Assembly: GCF_006345805.1 (NCBI RefSeq)
Contig: NC_043000.1
Location: forward strand, 121,396,001 to 121,460,000
DNA from: Octopus sinensis
Taxonomy: Eukaryota
Reading direction: 5' to 3'
DNA length: 64,000 nucleotides
Below the pieces are notes generated by a model. It was not told the origin of the DNA and ran no database searches. It saw nothing but the letters and a program-made list of their open reading frames with translations. Position numbers and translations under genes: made by a program. This document shows, piece by piece, positions 42,728 through 56,989 of this stretch. Within the stretch, counting starts at the first letter, position 1, and every line of letters starts with the position of its first letter.

Positions 42728-42769
42728 GTATATGTGTGTATCTGCGTGTGTGTGTATGTGTGCATACAA

Positions 42770-42818
<49 letters not shown>

Positions 42819-42834
42819 CATGCATATATATATG

Positions 42835-42869
<35 letters not shown>

Positions 42870-44398
42870 GTATATATATGTATGTATGTATAAACATACA
42901 CACGCAACAGAGACAGAAGCACTCGCACACACACATATATACATAAGTTATCAATATATTGATGTACAGTTTACGATGGTATCTTTCCGAAAGATGTTGC
43001 ATTCAGCATGACGAATAATATATAGGAGAAGATATTTTCGTTTAATTTAGACTGACCGCCACATGAAGACCTATTCTGAGAAAGTAATTTCAGAAAGATT
43101 GATCGAGTTATTGTTTATTTCTGCAGAATGTTTACCGATAACTTGACTGTACATTGTTGTTATGCGTAAGATTTGATTTATATAGAATTATAAAAATACA
43201 CATAGTTGTAGAAATATCGCTGAAGTTTATAATTCAATTTGTCCTGGAAAAATTACATTTGCAACAGTGCAATTTTTGATACCAACATTTCTGTCTAAGA
43301 TTTTATACGAAATCGCGGAAGCCATTATTTGCAGGAAATAATTGCTGGATTTAATAAGAAAAATGCCAACCCATTATATATACTCACGAACACAAGAACA
43401 CAAATTTATATACACATATGTATATATAGGTAGATTCACAAACGTTTAAAGCACTTAACTGTACTCGCGTATATAGTATTTATAGAATAATGTAATACGA
43501 ACAGGCATACAGGAATACTGGATTCATTAAGTGTTCCTCTTCGAACGAAGCAAAGAAGGATTGCGCGTCATATTTAGGAAGGGAATCCCAAATTTTGTCA
43601 TAAAAATCTCTTGGACACTCGAAGTTGAAGCTACGGTATACTGATAAAATGTTTCAACGAAATCACCCGTGCTTTCAAAAGATCTTGCAACAGTATTTAA
43701 ATGTATGATTATTCACCAACATTTTTCTTACAGTAACTCCCCTCTGTAATAATACTTTTTATGTCCTCCTCTAATGCGGTTGCATAATGGATTCCGCACC
43801 GAAGCAACATGCCGTCATTGAATTCTTTGTCAACGACGGGTATAAGTTGTCTGCTAAGCATATAAAAATTCTCAGTCACATTCCACATTTGAAAATGCAC
43901 CTGAATCTCAAAACGTGTAGGCGTTTTAAAATTTTGTAATAAATTTATTCACATACTTAACGGGTATCGACAATGTTTTGCTTATCAAACGTACAAATCT
44001 ATAAGTAAAGGGTTTAGGAGAGTTTAAATTTACAAGATAAAATCATCTAAAAAACATGTTTCAACGATCAAATGTTCAAATGTTCACAGAAACTTTAATG
44101 TGTTTCAAAGAAATAGATAGTAATATAAGTGTAAATGTTTGGTGAAGATCATAGCAAATGTAGATTATTGAAAGATCAGTCAGTTAGAGTTTTTATAAAA
44201 ACAGCTTTACCTGAGAAGATGAAGAGACCAACACACTGAGAGTGAAATTGAAAAAGAAAACAACAACACACAGCACGATAGAAATTGTAAAAAAATAAAT
44301 CTTTTCCTTTCTCCCCGCATATATATATCTGTAACATACATACACTTGTGTGCTGCTCATACAACCCCTCTCCACTCACTTTCTGCAACTTTTCGTAG

Positions 44399-44499
44399 GC
44401 CTCTGACCAGGTATCGCCATGACAACTTTCTCTATCATGCTCAATGCGACGATCACACGCTACACAACTTCCTTCCAAGCATTGATGTAAACTACAGAA
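44399..44499 (+). CDS. Candidate internal exon of an unidentified gene
   Basis: Long pyrimidine tract ...ttttcgtag|G, donor AA|GTGAGC, open frame PLTRYRHDNFLYHAQCDDHTLHNFLPSIDVNYR. An alternative donor CAG|GTATCG at 44410 would give a 12-nt exon. No homology recognised. Confidence 0.25.
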
Positions 44500-44524
44500 G
44501 TGAGCTAGAGCGTTAAAACTTAGT

Positions 44525-44637
44525 GTGTATGCACACCAGAGTTTCCGATCAATCTATGCCAAGCGGCTTTATTCTGCGTGCTTTAGAGTTTTTAATATGA
44601 CACCAGTCCTTATACTTATTGATCAGACCTCGTATAT
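44525..44637 (-). mobile_element. Mariner-like terminal fragment
   Basis: Minus strand begins TA-cgaggtctgatcaataagt, a mariner-type TIR. Confidence 0.5.
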
Positions 44638-44919
44638 ACTTCAAGTGAAATTCAGAATACCAGAGGACTCTGACGTTCAAGCAAGAGAGGAAGAGGCTTC
44701 CTATTTAGTTGAGATAAGTTCAGTACTTCAAATCCAAACCGTTCTGGAAACCAGGATAGATTGCGCCCTCGTGTTTTGTAGTATTCTAGGTACACTATTA
44801 TGGCATATATATTTTTTCACTATAATGCATTTCCTATTTCTATTTCTATATAATTCCACTAAATTTGCCGGAAAAATATGTATTCATTTACTTACTAAAA
44901 ACAATTTTTAACTTCTCAG

Positions 44920-44928
44920 AATACAAAG
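44920..44928 (+). CDS. Candidate 9-nt microexon AATACAAAG
   Basis: Branch-like tactaa at 44893-44898, tttttaacttctcag acceptor, consensus donor AAG|GTAAGT. Confidence 0.35.
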
Positions 44929-45152
44929 GTAAGTATTTGCCGTGCACGTTTCTGTATATCATATACAGCGAGATAAGATACCACCACTTAACTGCATCAA
45001 TAATTGTCCACAAAATGAAGTCAGTTTACTTCACCCACTATAACAGGAAATTTCTAAGATCAGTATGTATATATTCAGCAAGAAGTGAGCATGAAGCAGG
45101 CAGCTGAACTATATTTCATTACTGTACAAGAGAGTTGTATTTTTTCCTTCAG

Positions 45153-45256
45153 GTTTATCAAACCCATATGTAAAGAACTGTCAAAACATTTCTGTTAATG
45201 AAATCAATTTGAAAATTAAGACATATTGTTTCTCTCAAGACTTGCGAAATGTTTAA
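45153..45256 (+). CDS. Candidate terminal exon
   Basis: Acceptor ttttttccttcag|G; frame compatible with the microexon gives GLSNPYVKNCQNISVNEINLKIKTYCFSQDLRNV*. Confidence 0.2.
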
Positions 45257-45556
45257 GAGAAGTCAGTCGGAATAACATGTACATTTTACTCCCAAAACAG
45301 TTTAAACTTAATATATGGTTTATTAGGCAGGAAATTATTGTGGAATCTTCAATATTTTGTGTTGTTTGAAATATAGACTCAGCTATTAAACATCTTCTGT
45401 TTCCAAACGTGTAAATGTGATTACGTTACAGTTACTTGTTGAAGTAAATCATATATAATGATGGAACTGACCGTGGGGTAGTCTTCGGCTTTATTTCATC
45501 GAAGGGTTGTTTTTGTAATATAGTATTCTATACCTAATTACTATAGTTTTACTGTG

Positions 45557-45880
45557 AGGGCGTGTGGCTTAGTGGTTAGGGCATTTGGCTCATAATCATA
45601 AGGTTGTGAGTTCGATTTCCGGCGACGCGTTGTCTCTTTGAGCAAGACACTTTATTTCACGTTGCTCCAGTCCACTCAGCTGGAAAAAATGAGTAGTACC
45701 TGTATTTCAAAAGGGCCAGCCTTGCCACACTCTGTGTTACGCTGAATCTCCTTGCGAACTACGTTAAGGGTACACGTGTCTATGGAGTGCTCAGATACTT
45801 GCAAGTTAATTTCGCGAGCAAGCTGTTCCGTTGATCGTATCAGCTGGGACACTCGTCGTCGTAACCGACGGAGTGCTCCT
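45557..45880 (+). mobile_element. SINE family C head with a different 3' body
   Basis: First about 140 bp match 11815-12057; the remainder is unrelated. Confidence 0.8.
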
Positions 45881-46764
45881 ATAGTTTTACATACGCCAAG
45901 TTTCACTGTCAAAAGCAATTTGTTTTATACCTCTCGAAGTTTCTAGATTCTTATTACGTAAACGACTAGTTTAATATATTTATCAGTTTTATCGAGACTA
46001 AATACTTGATGCGTATAAACTATAAGAATTTTGTTGAATTAGATATTTTGCGTTTGAATGCATTCATTATAATGTAAATAGGAATACTGCTGCAAAGAGA
46101 AGCACACCCACACGTAAGTGCCTGTGCGGGTGCGCACACTCATAGATATTGTCTGAATATAATTATTTTTCTTTTAAAATTTGTAATAATATCAGTTAAA
46201 ATATTGTATATAAATATATATAGTGTGTATTAGAAATGAGGAGAGAAAGACAGAAGGAGAGTGAGAGAGAAACTTTCTGTATGCAAATGTACATACCTGG
46301 AGATTTCATTACATTATTTTAAAGATTGATATCGCTATGAATATTAAGTAGAAGTTTGTTTTATTTTTGCATATGATATTTCATCAGAGACACAATATAA
46401 ATGATATTAAATAGTAACTATGACATTGATGATAAGTATTCTAATTTCAGCTCCATTGTACTTTCGAATAAATAATTTGAAGCGAGAAACGTTTTGATAA
46501 ACATGAAAATTGCAGAATTCTTGTGACAATATATATAGAATATATATATGTATATATATATTATAGATTAAAATGAAATAAAAATATGACGATGACTATT
46601 AAAGAGAATTGTATTGTTAAATGCAAATGCAGAATCCCTTATTTCACTTAGTTAGTAGAGATAATTCTTTGAAGGGCTGTATAATCTTAGTTATGTAAAA
46701 ACGAAATATTTCTCGTAAAAAATAAATAATATAAAATCATATTCACTGAATCAAGTTATGTATA

Positions 46765-46999
46765 TTACTTTACTTCCCTCAAGAGACTAAACATAGAGGG
46801 GACAAACAAGGACAGACAAAGGGATTAAGTCGATTACATTGACCCCAGTGCGAAACTGGTATTTTTATTTATCAACCCCGAAAAAAATGAAAGGCAAAGT
46901 TGACATAGGCGGAATTTGAACTCAGAACGTAAGGAAAGACGAAATGCCGCAAAGCATTTCTCCCGGCACGCTAACGTTCCTGCCAGCTCGCCGCCTTTC
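46765..46999 (-). mobile_element. SINE family B with a 12-bp TSD
   Basis: gaatcaagttat at 46748-46759 and 47000-47011. Confidence 0.9.
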
Positions 47000-48747
47000 G
47001 AATCAAGTTATATAAGGCTATGTTGGAAATCGTATACAAAAAGCGATGCGTTGTGAACAATGCTCAACTGCAGGGCACATTTGGATTTCGTACCCCGTGC
47101 AGCACTATAAGAGGAGATCTTAGATCAAATACATTTCATTTGCGACCACCTATTTTCTTCGGGTTTTGATATATTTTCCATCCAGTATACCATAACGAGG
47201 AATTTAAGGCCGGTAGGGTGTGATTTTGAGGGCTATGTAATTGTTTAAAAGCCCTGTATATAGCCATTTATTAAGTTTCGAGTTTTAGTTTACTGATAGG
47301 GTTTAATTATTTTCCTTACTGTGCTAATAGAAAAAAAAACATCAAATGTTTAACCAAAAAACAGTCTCCGATAAACATTTAAATAAAGACAGACTTGAAA
47401 CAGACTCGGTCGGTGTAGAGATTGCAAGTCGTTCGTAAGGTCAAAAAATGACGACAAAATTACTTTCACAAACCATGCCTGATTGCTTGAACGATCATTT
47501 AATAAAACAATCGATTAATTTATTTGCTCAATATTTAATCAGTTGATTAATAATCCTAAAATTAGGCTGCATGTTTATTATTGTCATAACGATCCCCAAG
47601 AGATACAAGAATAACTGCTCCAGCGTGCGAGTTCAAATCAAGAAGTCAAATACAAAAACGAAATTCATATATTAGCTGTAGTTTTGATAGGGCAGTCAAT
47701 TAGATATCTGTAATTCACAACATACATTTGCTCTATAGCGTAGACTAGTTTTATTTAGTTTGGTTGAAGGAGAATATCTCAAGTTTTCTTGGATTCTACT
47801 TTATTGCGTTTAAATACAAAATAAACGTGTAAGGTTTGTAGCATATGAACGAAGCTTCAGTGCTCGAACGCTGACGAAACCGATTCTGTGAAGAAAGATT
47901 TTCTTTAACATTGCCTAGGTCCAGCTAGCTGCCGGCAATATTTTTCAGGAAAATGGTCAATGGAACTGATTAACCATTGAAATATGCTTTGTTTGACATT
48001 ATAATGAAAGGTCACAAAATTGACTCCATTTACTAAAGTCCTGTGTGAACTAATTATTGATCCAATCCCACCATACTGTTAGTAAAATAGACATACTTGC
48101 ACATACATAAATACATACATACACATGCACGCGCACGCGCACGCGCACACAAACACAACACACACGCGAAAGCACATTTATAAATTAAGAGACACTGATG
48201 CATATATAAAGACCTCACAAAATAAAATACGCATATATATATATATATATATACATATATACTCTTCTTTATCAGTTGCAACAAATATGCATTTCAGTAT
48301 AGCAACACCAACGTGGTTGGCCTTCGCTCCGTGTTTAAGGTGCGGATATTTCCAGTTGTCAAGTTCATAACAATAGGGAGCAAAATATTAAACTGTGTGT
48401 ATATATATATATATATATATACCTTCCTCCCTATCTCTCTGTGTCTATTTATCTATCTATTGTATAAATAGGCAGATATATCGTCATCGATAAAGTTATA
48501 TATACTTGCATGTGCTCATAAATATATAGATACATACACACATGTATGCATTTTGGTCTTCCGGTCTGCATGTAACATACAAACACGCACACATACACAG
48601 ACACAGTCATGCACAAACACACAAACACTGCATATATATGTCTATAATGGGTTATCACATATATGCCTATTCATCTATCTATTAATTCATCAAACTATCT
48701 ATCTATCCATCTATATATCTATTTATCTTTCTCTCTATATATATCTG

Positions 48748-48821
<74 letters not shown>

Positions 48822-49312
48822 ACTATCTATCTATCTATCTCTGCATGTATCTATCTATCTATCCATTTCATCTATCTATTTGTCTATCTATCTAAGGAAA
48901 TGTAAGGTAAACAGTAAGATATTTTTGTAGTGAAGAGCATAATAATTAGTCACTTGTCGACAAAATGAAGGATTTTTTGGATTATGGAGAATAAAGTAAG
49001 CTGGGTTTGACTAATTGCCGCGTTGTTAACACTTGATCAGAGATCGATTAATCACTTACTAACAATTGAGCGAACATTACCTTATAAAAGGTCATATTAT
49101 TCATAAACTCTGACAGAAATGAGTTGCTCTGCCGAATTTGCAAAATTGTGCAATCGACAGTAACAATATTTTGTTAATTAATATGAATATGGTGCAACAT
49201 AGCCAAGTCGTTCCGTCGTCACAACATTGCTTTATAGTAATTTCATTCGAAATAATTTCAAATCCGACCAAGGTAAGCTTTGAGTTTTTTGTCTATCATT
49301 ACTGTTTCGATA

Positions 49313-49500
49313 GATGCGGTGAGCTAGCAGAGTCGTTAGTCTGTCGAGCAAAATGCTTAGAGGCATTTTCTCGACTCTTTACATTCTGGTTCAAAATGCA
49401 TCCTGGTTGATTTTTTCTTTGATACTTTCGAAGTACCAGCTGAACATCCGGGCCAATGGTATTGACTAACTCCCTTCAGCAATATGCCCGACCCTTTGCT
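49313..49500 (+). mobile_element. Old SINE family B-like copy
   Basis: gcggtgagctagcagagtcgttag...gcaaaatgcttag; strongly diverged. A similar copy lies at 50288-50480. Confidence 0.55.
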
Positions 49501-49507
49501 TATTGTA

Positions 49508-50055
49508 TTGGGTTGTCCGGAAAGTTCGTGCCGATTTATAGTAGCTTACATTTCGACTTATTTTAGAACATGGTTGAGTCCATAAAATATGACTTGACTA
49601 CACCTCCATTTAGAGCACAGTTTAGGCTACCTTTTCGTGGAAGAAGATTTATATTCCTATAACCTGTGTTAATTCTGTAACCCTTTAAAAATGGAAGATA
49701 AGAAAGTTCCTTTTCGGTACTTGATACTTTGTAAACCAGACAAAGATTGCTGCAGCTCGGCTGGGATATGTTACCCCACCAGATATTGTTCCTTATTTCC
49801 ACTTATTCAGGTCTCTGCAGAATAGTCTTAACGGTAAAAATTTCAATTCCTTGGATGACGTAAAAAGATATCTTGATGAATGCTTTGCCATGAAACCATC
49901 TCAATTCTGGGAAGAGGGTATTTTCAAGTTAAAGGAAAGATGGAGACGCATTGTGTAACATAGTTCATATTTCGTTGAATAAAAGGTAATTGGCAAGTAT
50001 TTATTGACCGTTTTCTTTCCTTTAAAATCCGACATGAACTTTCCGGACAACCCAA
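49508..50055 (+). mobile_element. Internally deleted mariner transposon with TIRs and TA TSD
   Basis: TIRs ttgggttgtccggaaagttc(g/a)tg, TA at 49506-07 and 50056-57; start MEDKKV, then QLGWDMLPH..PDIVPYFHLFRSLQNSLNGKNF...FWEEGIFKLKERWRRIV. Confidence 0.95.
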
Positions 50056-50667
50056 TAGATATAATTATTACTAAGTCGATAAGGGGGTGAGCTCTCATAA
50101 TATTTCCATCTCTTTAATCTGTAGATTCAAATGCAGTCGATGCCAAATGTGTCGTCCATGTCGTAGGATTCGATAAAATAAGAATTATTTGAGCATGGGA
50201 GCAACGTAACAGACCTGCATCCTCCATTCAAACTTACTGGTTTCTATTAACATTTGAAATAAATATTAATGGCTCAAGGAAGGCCAACAAGCAGGTTTGT
50301 TACCGCGCTGGACAAAACGCGTAATGTCTTTTCTTTCGGCTTTTTACGTTCTGAGTTCAAATTCCGCCAGTGTCAATGTTGGTTTTCATCATTTCCGCGT
50401 TGATAAAATTGCTACTAGTAAAGCACTGGAGGCAATATAATCAACATCCATCTCCCCGCAAGATCGTTGACCTTTGGCCAAAATTAGAATTATCTCTGGA
50501 GTCGTCTCGGTAAGCCGATTCTTGTCTTTCTCTCACTGCGGCTACCAGCATATCTATCATTCTAACTTCTGGATGACATCTTGTGCTGTTCGAGCAGCGG
50601 ACGGGTGGGGTCTCAATAGTAAATATATTCGTCGGGTTTCTCACGATACAATACTGAACGTCTAAAC

Positions 50668-50904
50668 CAGTGGTTCTGCAATAGTACTTTAAGAACCGCT
50701 GAAAAAAGTTTGCTGTAAAGGAAGCAGCCAGGTTTCTTTCTTCCTCATTTTACATAGTTCAACCTACACAAGTTAACGTACAACAAACAAAGTAGGGAAT
50801 TAAGTAAATCTAGTTTTTAAATATCGAATGTCTATAGGGGTCCACCAGTAAAACATCATAATCAAAGGAGTCTATAGATAAAAGAAAGTGGTCGAGAACC
50901 CCTG
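50668..50904. mobile_element. hAT (Charlie-like) MITE
   Basis: Ends cagtggttct... and ...gagaacccctg; flanks gtctaaac / gactgaac (6 of 8 match) as a decayed 8-bp TSD. Confidence 0.5.
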
Positions 50905-50934
50905 GACTGAACGGCGTTCATCGTTCAAGGCAGA

Positions 50935-51215
50935 GACGTCGTCGTCGCCATATATCGTACGTCTGCAGTGCATAAATGACACTACAAGGGAAGTCTTCTG
51001 GATTAAGTGGAAGTTCTCCAGCTTCCTCGTCACTCTTGTCGAACCAGCACTTGATAATTTCTCTCCAGTGTCTTCCTTGCTCGCCCGTTAAACTGCTGAC
51101 CCCTACACTTCCTGAAATAGTAATGTTTTCCAATCAGCCGGTTTTTCGAATATGGCCATAACAGATGAGTTTTGTTTTTTTCCCAATGTACAGGAATTGT
51201 AGACTTTCACCTGCG
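50935..51215 (-). mobile_element. Decayed RTE-clade LINE 3' end
   Basis: KTKLICYGHIRKTG*LENITISGSV...GEQGRHWREIIKCW resembles the RTE C-terminal L.YFGH..R...LE.....G...G.R.RGR.R.RW pattern. Confidence 0.5.
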
Positions 51216-51443
51216 TTATATAATACCCATTAATTCCTCCCGTAATCCTTCTAAGAGTCTCGTAACATTCCCCTATACACTCACATTTCAAACGCATTAA
51301 TTATGTTCACTTCAAATTCGTTTACAACCATGCATACATAAAAATGTACATACGTATATGCATACATGCATGCATAAATACTAAAATACATACATGAAAA
51401 CATTATATATATATATATATATATGTTTATATATATATATGTT

Positions 51444-51581
<138 letters not shown>

Positions 51582-53382
51582 GTAATGTATGTATGCATAT
51601 TATATGCATGTATGTTAGCACGTTTATGAGTGTGCTTATATATGTGTGATTTTGAGTGTGTGTGTGTGTGAGTGCGTGTGTGTGTGCATGCATATGTGTG
51701 AGTGTATGTGTGTGCATGTGTGTTCATATGTTCGGTAATACGAACGGAAATATACGCTCTGAATAAAATCGATCGAGCATATTGAATTTAATTGACCGAG
51801 GCGTTGCCGATTATTCGAAAATTGTGAGCAGGAATATGCGTTATTAGATGACCTTTTGCACAAAAAGCAAAAGAAAAGATAAATAAATGAAAATGAAGAA
51901 TGAAGTGGTAATTTTCATTGGCTAACATGGTATCTTGTTTAAGAGGTACGAGAAGCAACATGTTCGTTCGGGAAGGTTCACTTAAATTGCACGGCAATAG
52001 GAAGACTCACATCGTTATTTGAATTTGTTGTGGTGGAAAGATCAGAAAATAGAGTAATGAACGAAAGAAAATAATTGTTTTCCTTAGTATAGCATGTTTT
52101 GTTTGCCAGTATGCTTCTCTACGACCACGGGCTGAAGTGGGTTTGAGTATATTAGTATAGTTAGATGGTAACTGATACCAGATACAAATCTGAAGAGAAG
52201 ATAATCTCCGCTATCAGGAATTCTACAAAGTTGACAAGCTGTTAAGGAAGGAGACGCAGTTTTGTATATCTCTAAATCTCTTCACTTGTAGAGATATAAG
52301 AAAATTGGCGTGCTGATGACACTGATTGAAAGCGAAACATACATCCACGAATATCGACTTATATTTAGACAATATGCTCGCACTTTTGTTTAAGGCAAGT
52401 CAACTTTCTAAACTATTTGGTCTTTGATATAAACTTCCCTTCTCATATTGAGAAGATCTTCGTTGGCGAATGGCGTGACAAATTGTCTAGATTCGATGAT
52501 AATCAGTCAAAGATTTATCGTTATTTATAAGTTATGTGTGTGTGTTTGTGTGTCTGTGTTTGTCCCCCACTCCAACATCGCCTGACAACCGATGCTGGTG
52601 TGTTTGCGTACCCGTTTTTTTTTCAAAAACTTTAGTAACTATCTTCCATACGGGTTCCGAAACCGTAACTCCAAATCACCATGCAAACACCAGTTGCCGG
52701 CGTCACTTAACTCCTGACGAATCAAAACCGAAATTCAGCAAATACAACGAAATGATCATCTAAGAGAACCAACAAACCTGAACGACTTATGACCGTTTCC
52801 ACTGAGAAACCAGCCAAGCAGAACGACAAGCTTGACCACCGGAATAAAAAACGTCACCAATATTTTAACGAATCAAAAGTCAGACCCTTTCTCGGAAAAA
52901 AAAAATTATAAATACACCTGATCCCAAAACATAACACTACAAGCGAAAGCGTCTTCAGGAAGACGGTGAGGGAAACTGTAAACCAAATTCTCTTTTTTTC
53001 ACTATTTTCATTTTTGCCTTGTCTTTTTCAGTATGACTTGTCGACCACCACTAAAATTAATGAACTTTGTACATTCAAACAAATTGATATACTGTTTTTA
53101 TATTATTGACTGCTATAAACATTCAAACTTACACCTGTTCTCCTAATTCATAATGCTAAATTTATCTTTTTTGAACATGTTAATTTGTCAGCATTGAAAC
53201 ATTTTAATTTGTCAGCATTGAAACTTTTAAAGATGTTTATCTAAATTCATAATTTTAAATTGTTACCATTGAGAAACAAAAAATCTTGCTGAAACTAGTT
53301 TGATATATATGTAAATAAATGTATTTTAAACATTTACGAGTTGTTGAAATTTAGGTGCATTTTCAACAATAGATTTTACTAT

Positions 53383-53455
<73 letters not shown>

Positions 53456-53722
53456 CATATATATGCATATATATAGACTTATATATACATACGTATATAT
53501 AAACAAATATATATATATATATATGCATATTATATAAATATATATACATATGTATATATTTATATATGTATATATATCAATGCATATAAATATATACACA
53601 CACATATATATATACATATATATAGATAGATATACACACATGTAAATATATACACATAAATATACATACATAAATATATATAAGTATATACACACACACA
53701 CATATATACAGACATATTCTCA

Positions 53723-53787
<65 letters not shown>

Positions 53788-54766
53788 CGTATATATATAT
53801 ATGTGTGTGTGTGTGCGTGTGCATGTGCACCTTATATATATATATATATATATAATCACGTATATTATACGCTCAATCACCTGTTGTATAATGTAGATAA
53901 TGTAGTGTGAATGAGAAACAGATGAAATGGCTGGAAAATCTGGACTCCATATAAGGAGGGAAAAAATCTTTAAATTCCTCATATTTTTTAATCGTATTTT
54001 TGTCGCTTTCTGGCATTCATAGAGTTAACAATCAGAGAACATTTTGTAGATGGCGCACGCATAAGGTATTGAATAAATATGAAGAGAAACGAGATATTTA
54101 ATTATGAAACCTTGGCCCCCTGACAGGTATTTTATCTAAATCTTCTATAAAAAATACATTTACGCCTTTGACCACAAATATCGGAAAATCTAATTAGTAA
54201 TTTGTAATCTGGAAACATTTTTGCCTAATCTGTCGGAAACTAATTCACGACAAAATAAGAATTAGCAATGGCGCCCTGAATTCTGAAATTGCTGACAATG
54301 GCATCAATAGTTGTGTTAATTACAATGAAAATTTATTTCAGTGTTCCTGAGTGGTAATTCATACGAAGTCGGTAGCATGTGATCGATAGAGATGTCAAGG
54401 CAGATATCATATTGATTAACTTTCACGCTCCTTCAGTTTGTATGTATGCTGTATGTATTATATATGCGCATACATACGTCTCCGTCTCAAGATCTATGCA
54501 AAGGATTTGTGATCATTAAGACATTTGGAATCTATCTCCGTATACGTGTTTATGTAAATATATAGGTATATGTTCTGAACAGACACGCACACACATACTC
54601 ACACACACATATAAATATATATTTAATTACGTGTGTATATACTTATGTATGTGTATGTATGTGTATTTGTATCTATGTATGCAAATATAAGCAATGAATG
54701 TCTATTCCGTGACGATCAACCAATGCGTGCTTACCTCTCTCTCTCTCACTATATATATATATTTGC

Positions 54767-54903
54767 ATGTTTGCATGGACGCCATTTTGAGCAATAGAAG
54801 TCAGCGTTTCTTTGCGTGTGTTTCTCTGTCTTACTAGTGGTAAATTATGAATATCTATCTCTTTATCTATCTATTTATTTCTCTATCAATCTATCTATCT
54901 ATC

Positions 54904-54934
<31 letters not shown>

Positions 54935-55753
54935 CTAATGTTTTAATTATTTTACAACCTTAATAATGCAACGTAAAAAAGTTAATAATGCAGGTTAGGG
55001 ATTAAACTCTAACCTAGTTAAGGCACCTATTTTAGCTATCTTAAGATGGCTAAAATATGCTGTTGATAGCTGATCTCTGTCTTCCGTAGTCAATGTGTGT
55101 ATTAGGGGCTGTTTTGGGCTGATGTATTATCCAATCAACTTATCTTTCCAATCTATCATTATTTTCTGCATGTGTTAATTAAAACAGATTCTTATCTCCA
55201 CACGTTTCCAATGTATATTTCAGCAACATCCATGCCAACTCGAACGTCTGTAGAGTGACGTTTTGACGGAATTAATAACATATCTGAATTGCGCGCAACC
55301 TACTGGTTACAATAGCAACACAAAACAGCCCTTTGCAGTCAAACACTATTGGGCAGACTGAGACATCTTCGGCCTGATGAGTAGGTAGTGAATAACCCTA
55401 GTTGTGTAATTATTAATTTCGAGGTTCCATTCGCTAGGAAACATATCAAGCCTGGATTTTATTATTGCATTTCTTGAATTTGGGTTTTTATTCGCAGTTA
55501 TACAGAAGTGTGAAGTATAAAACGACTCTTCTCAGATTATCGAATTTCGATATGTGAAAAACCTAAAACATTCTGCACCAGTAAACTATTATTGTTCCTG
55601 ATAGTTGTTTTTTTGTCCTACTACAGACTGATCGAAATTTACTGTCTCTCCCTAAATATAATTATATTTGTGTGTGTGCATGTGAGTACTAATCCCCCAC
55701 GTGCATTATTAATTTTTTTTATGTTGCATTATCTCAGTTTTAAAATAAAACAT

Positions 55754-55792
<39 letters not shown>

Positions 55793-56095
55793 AGAGATAC
55801 ATATTCATAATTTACTGCTAGTAACACAGAAAGACACGCAAAGAAACGCTGTCCTTGCATTGCTCAAAATGGCGTCCATGCAAGCATCAGTCGCCATGAT
55901 AGATCGGTAGCCGCTACATACACTTTTTTCTTTCCTTCTTTTTCTCCTTGTTTCCTTCTGTGTTCCTTTCTGTGGAAGAACGTAGGCTTGAAACGTGAAA
56001 GACCTTTTCAATTCCTGAGTGTTATACTAATACATCTGTTTGTTTTCTACACCACCTGTCTCCGTATTTTGTTTCTTTTTCGTGTATTCTCCCTA
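54767..56095. mobile_element. Older fold-back element: arms 54767-55003 / 55689-55887, about 685-bp spacer, about 200-bp right tail, TA flanks
   Basis: Outer 28 bp have 1 mismatch; arms include a mirrored (TCTA)n run; decayed hammerhead in the spacer at 55374-55452. Confidence 0.75.
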
Positions 56096-56154
56096 AATAT
56101 ATATATATATATATATATATACCTAGATAAGAATGTACTGGCTATATCTATCTA

Positions 56155-56195
<41 letters not shown>

Positions 56196-56989
56196 GCAAT
56201 TCCGATATAAGTATTTACCAGTTCTTTGACTTAGCTAACTATCTCCAGAGTGATAACAATTATGTACTTGTAGAATTGCCAAAACACTAGATAAACAAAC
56301 GTTTGAAAAATGTTAAATATTAGAAGGTAGTGTTTTATCTTTTAACGATGAGATGAGTTAAATTTTGTGATGAAGAATTACCAAAAATAATTAAAATCGT
56401 TGCAATCAATTACAGCATTAGCTTTATAAATATTATATTAAATTTGCATTCATTTGCATGTTATAATGAATACATGAGAATGTAAGTGCACAACCTTGAA
56501 GCCACATGTTAAATTTCCTCATTATTCTGGACTGCATGTGAGAATACATTGTTACACATATCCATATACATATGTGCGCGTGTTGTGTGTTTGGATGTTG
56601 TTGTTTGGTTAATTGCATGCGTGTATGTGTGTGCGTGTCTTTGTGTATGTGTGGGGGGGGGGCGAATAAGGATTTTTATAGAAGAGGCGTTAATTACAAA
56701 TTGAGTAATACTGGAATGTTAGCAAATTCCAGTGTGATGATTAGCTGTGTGGCACAAATTCCACAAGTGATCACAAGTTTTACAGTCTGTGGCCGTATCA
56801 TGCTTTCAGAAGTTGGGATTTTTAGCTATAAGAAACCACGTGTTAAATGATAAAAACGGCACAATTTTGTTCATGCATTTAGACCTGCGGAATATGAATA
56901 CTGCCGGGTTGAGAATCCATTGAGATCGAATGAATAAAAAGCTGCTCGCCATTATTAGTGATCTTGACGAATTGTCTTGAAAGGAGGGA

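Noticed and set aside
43786-43900. MDSAPKQHAVIEFFVNDG, resembling a mariner N-terminus
   Set aside because: Too short and no associated TIR identified; not supportable by eye.
44211-44260. Minus-strand 25-nt segment between ctctcag| and |gtaaag
   Set aside because: Not frame-preserving, and no partner exons found on that strand.
52600-52990. Unique segment that looked LTR-like or pLTR-like
   Set aside because: No second copy, no TG...CA ends with TSD, and no complete hammerhead.
55862-55910. caaaATGGCG start-like / YY1-like motif
   Set aside because: The frame stops after 13 codons and the motif is part of the inverted-repeat arm mirrored at 54767-54794.
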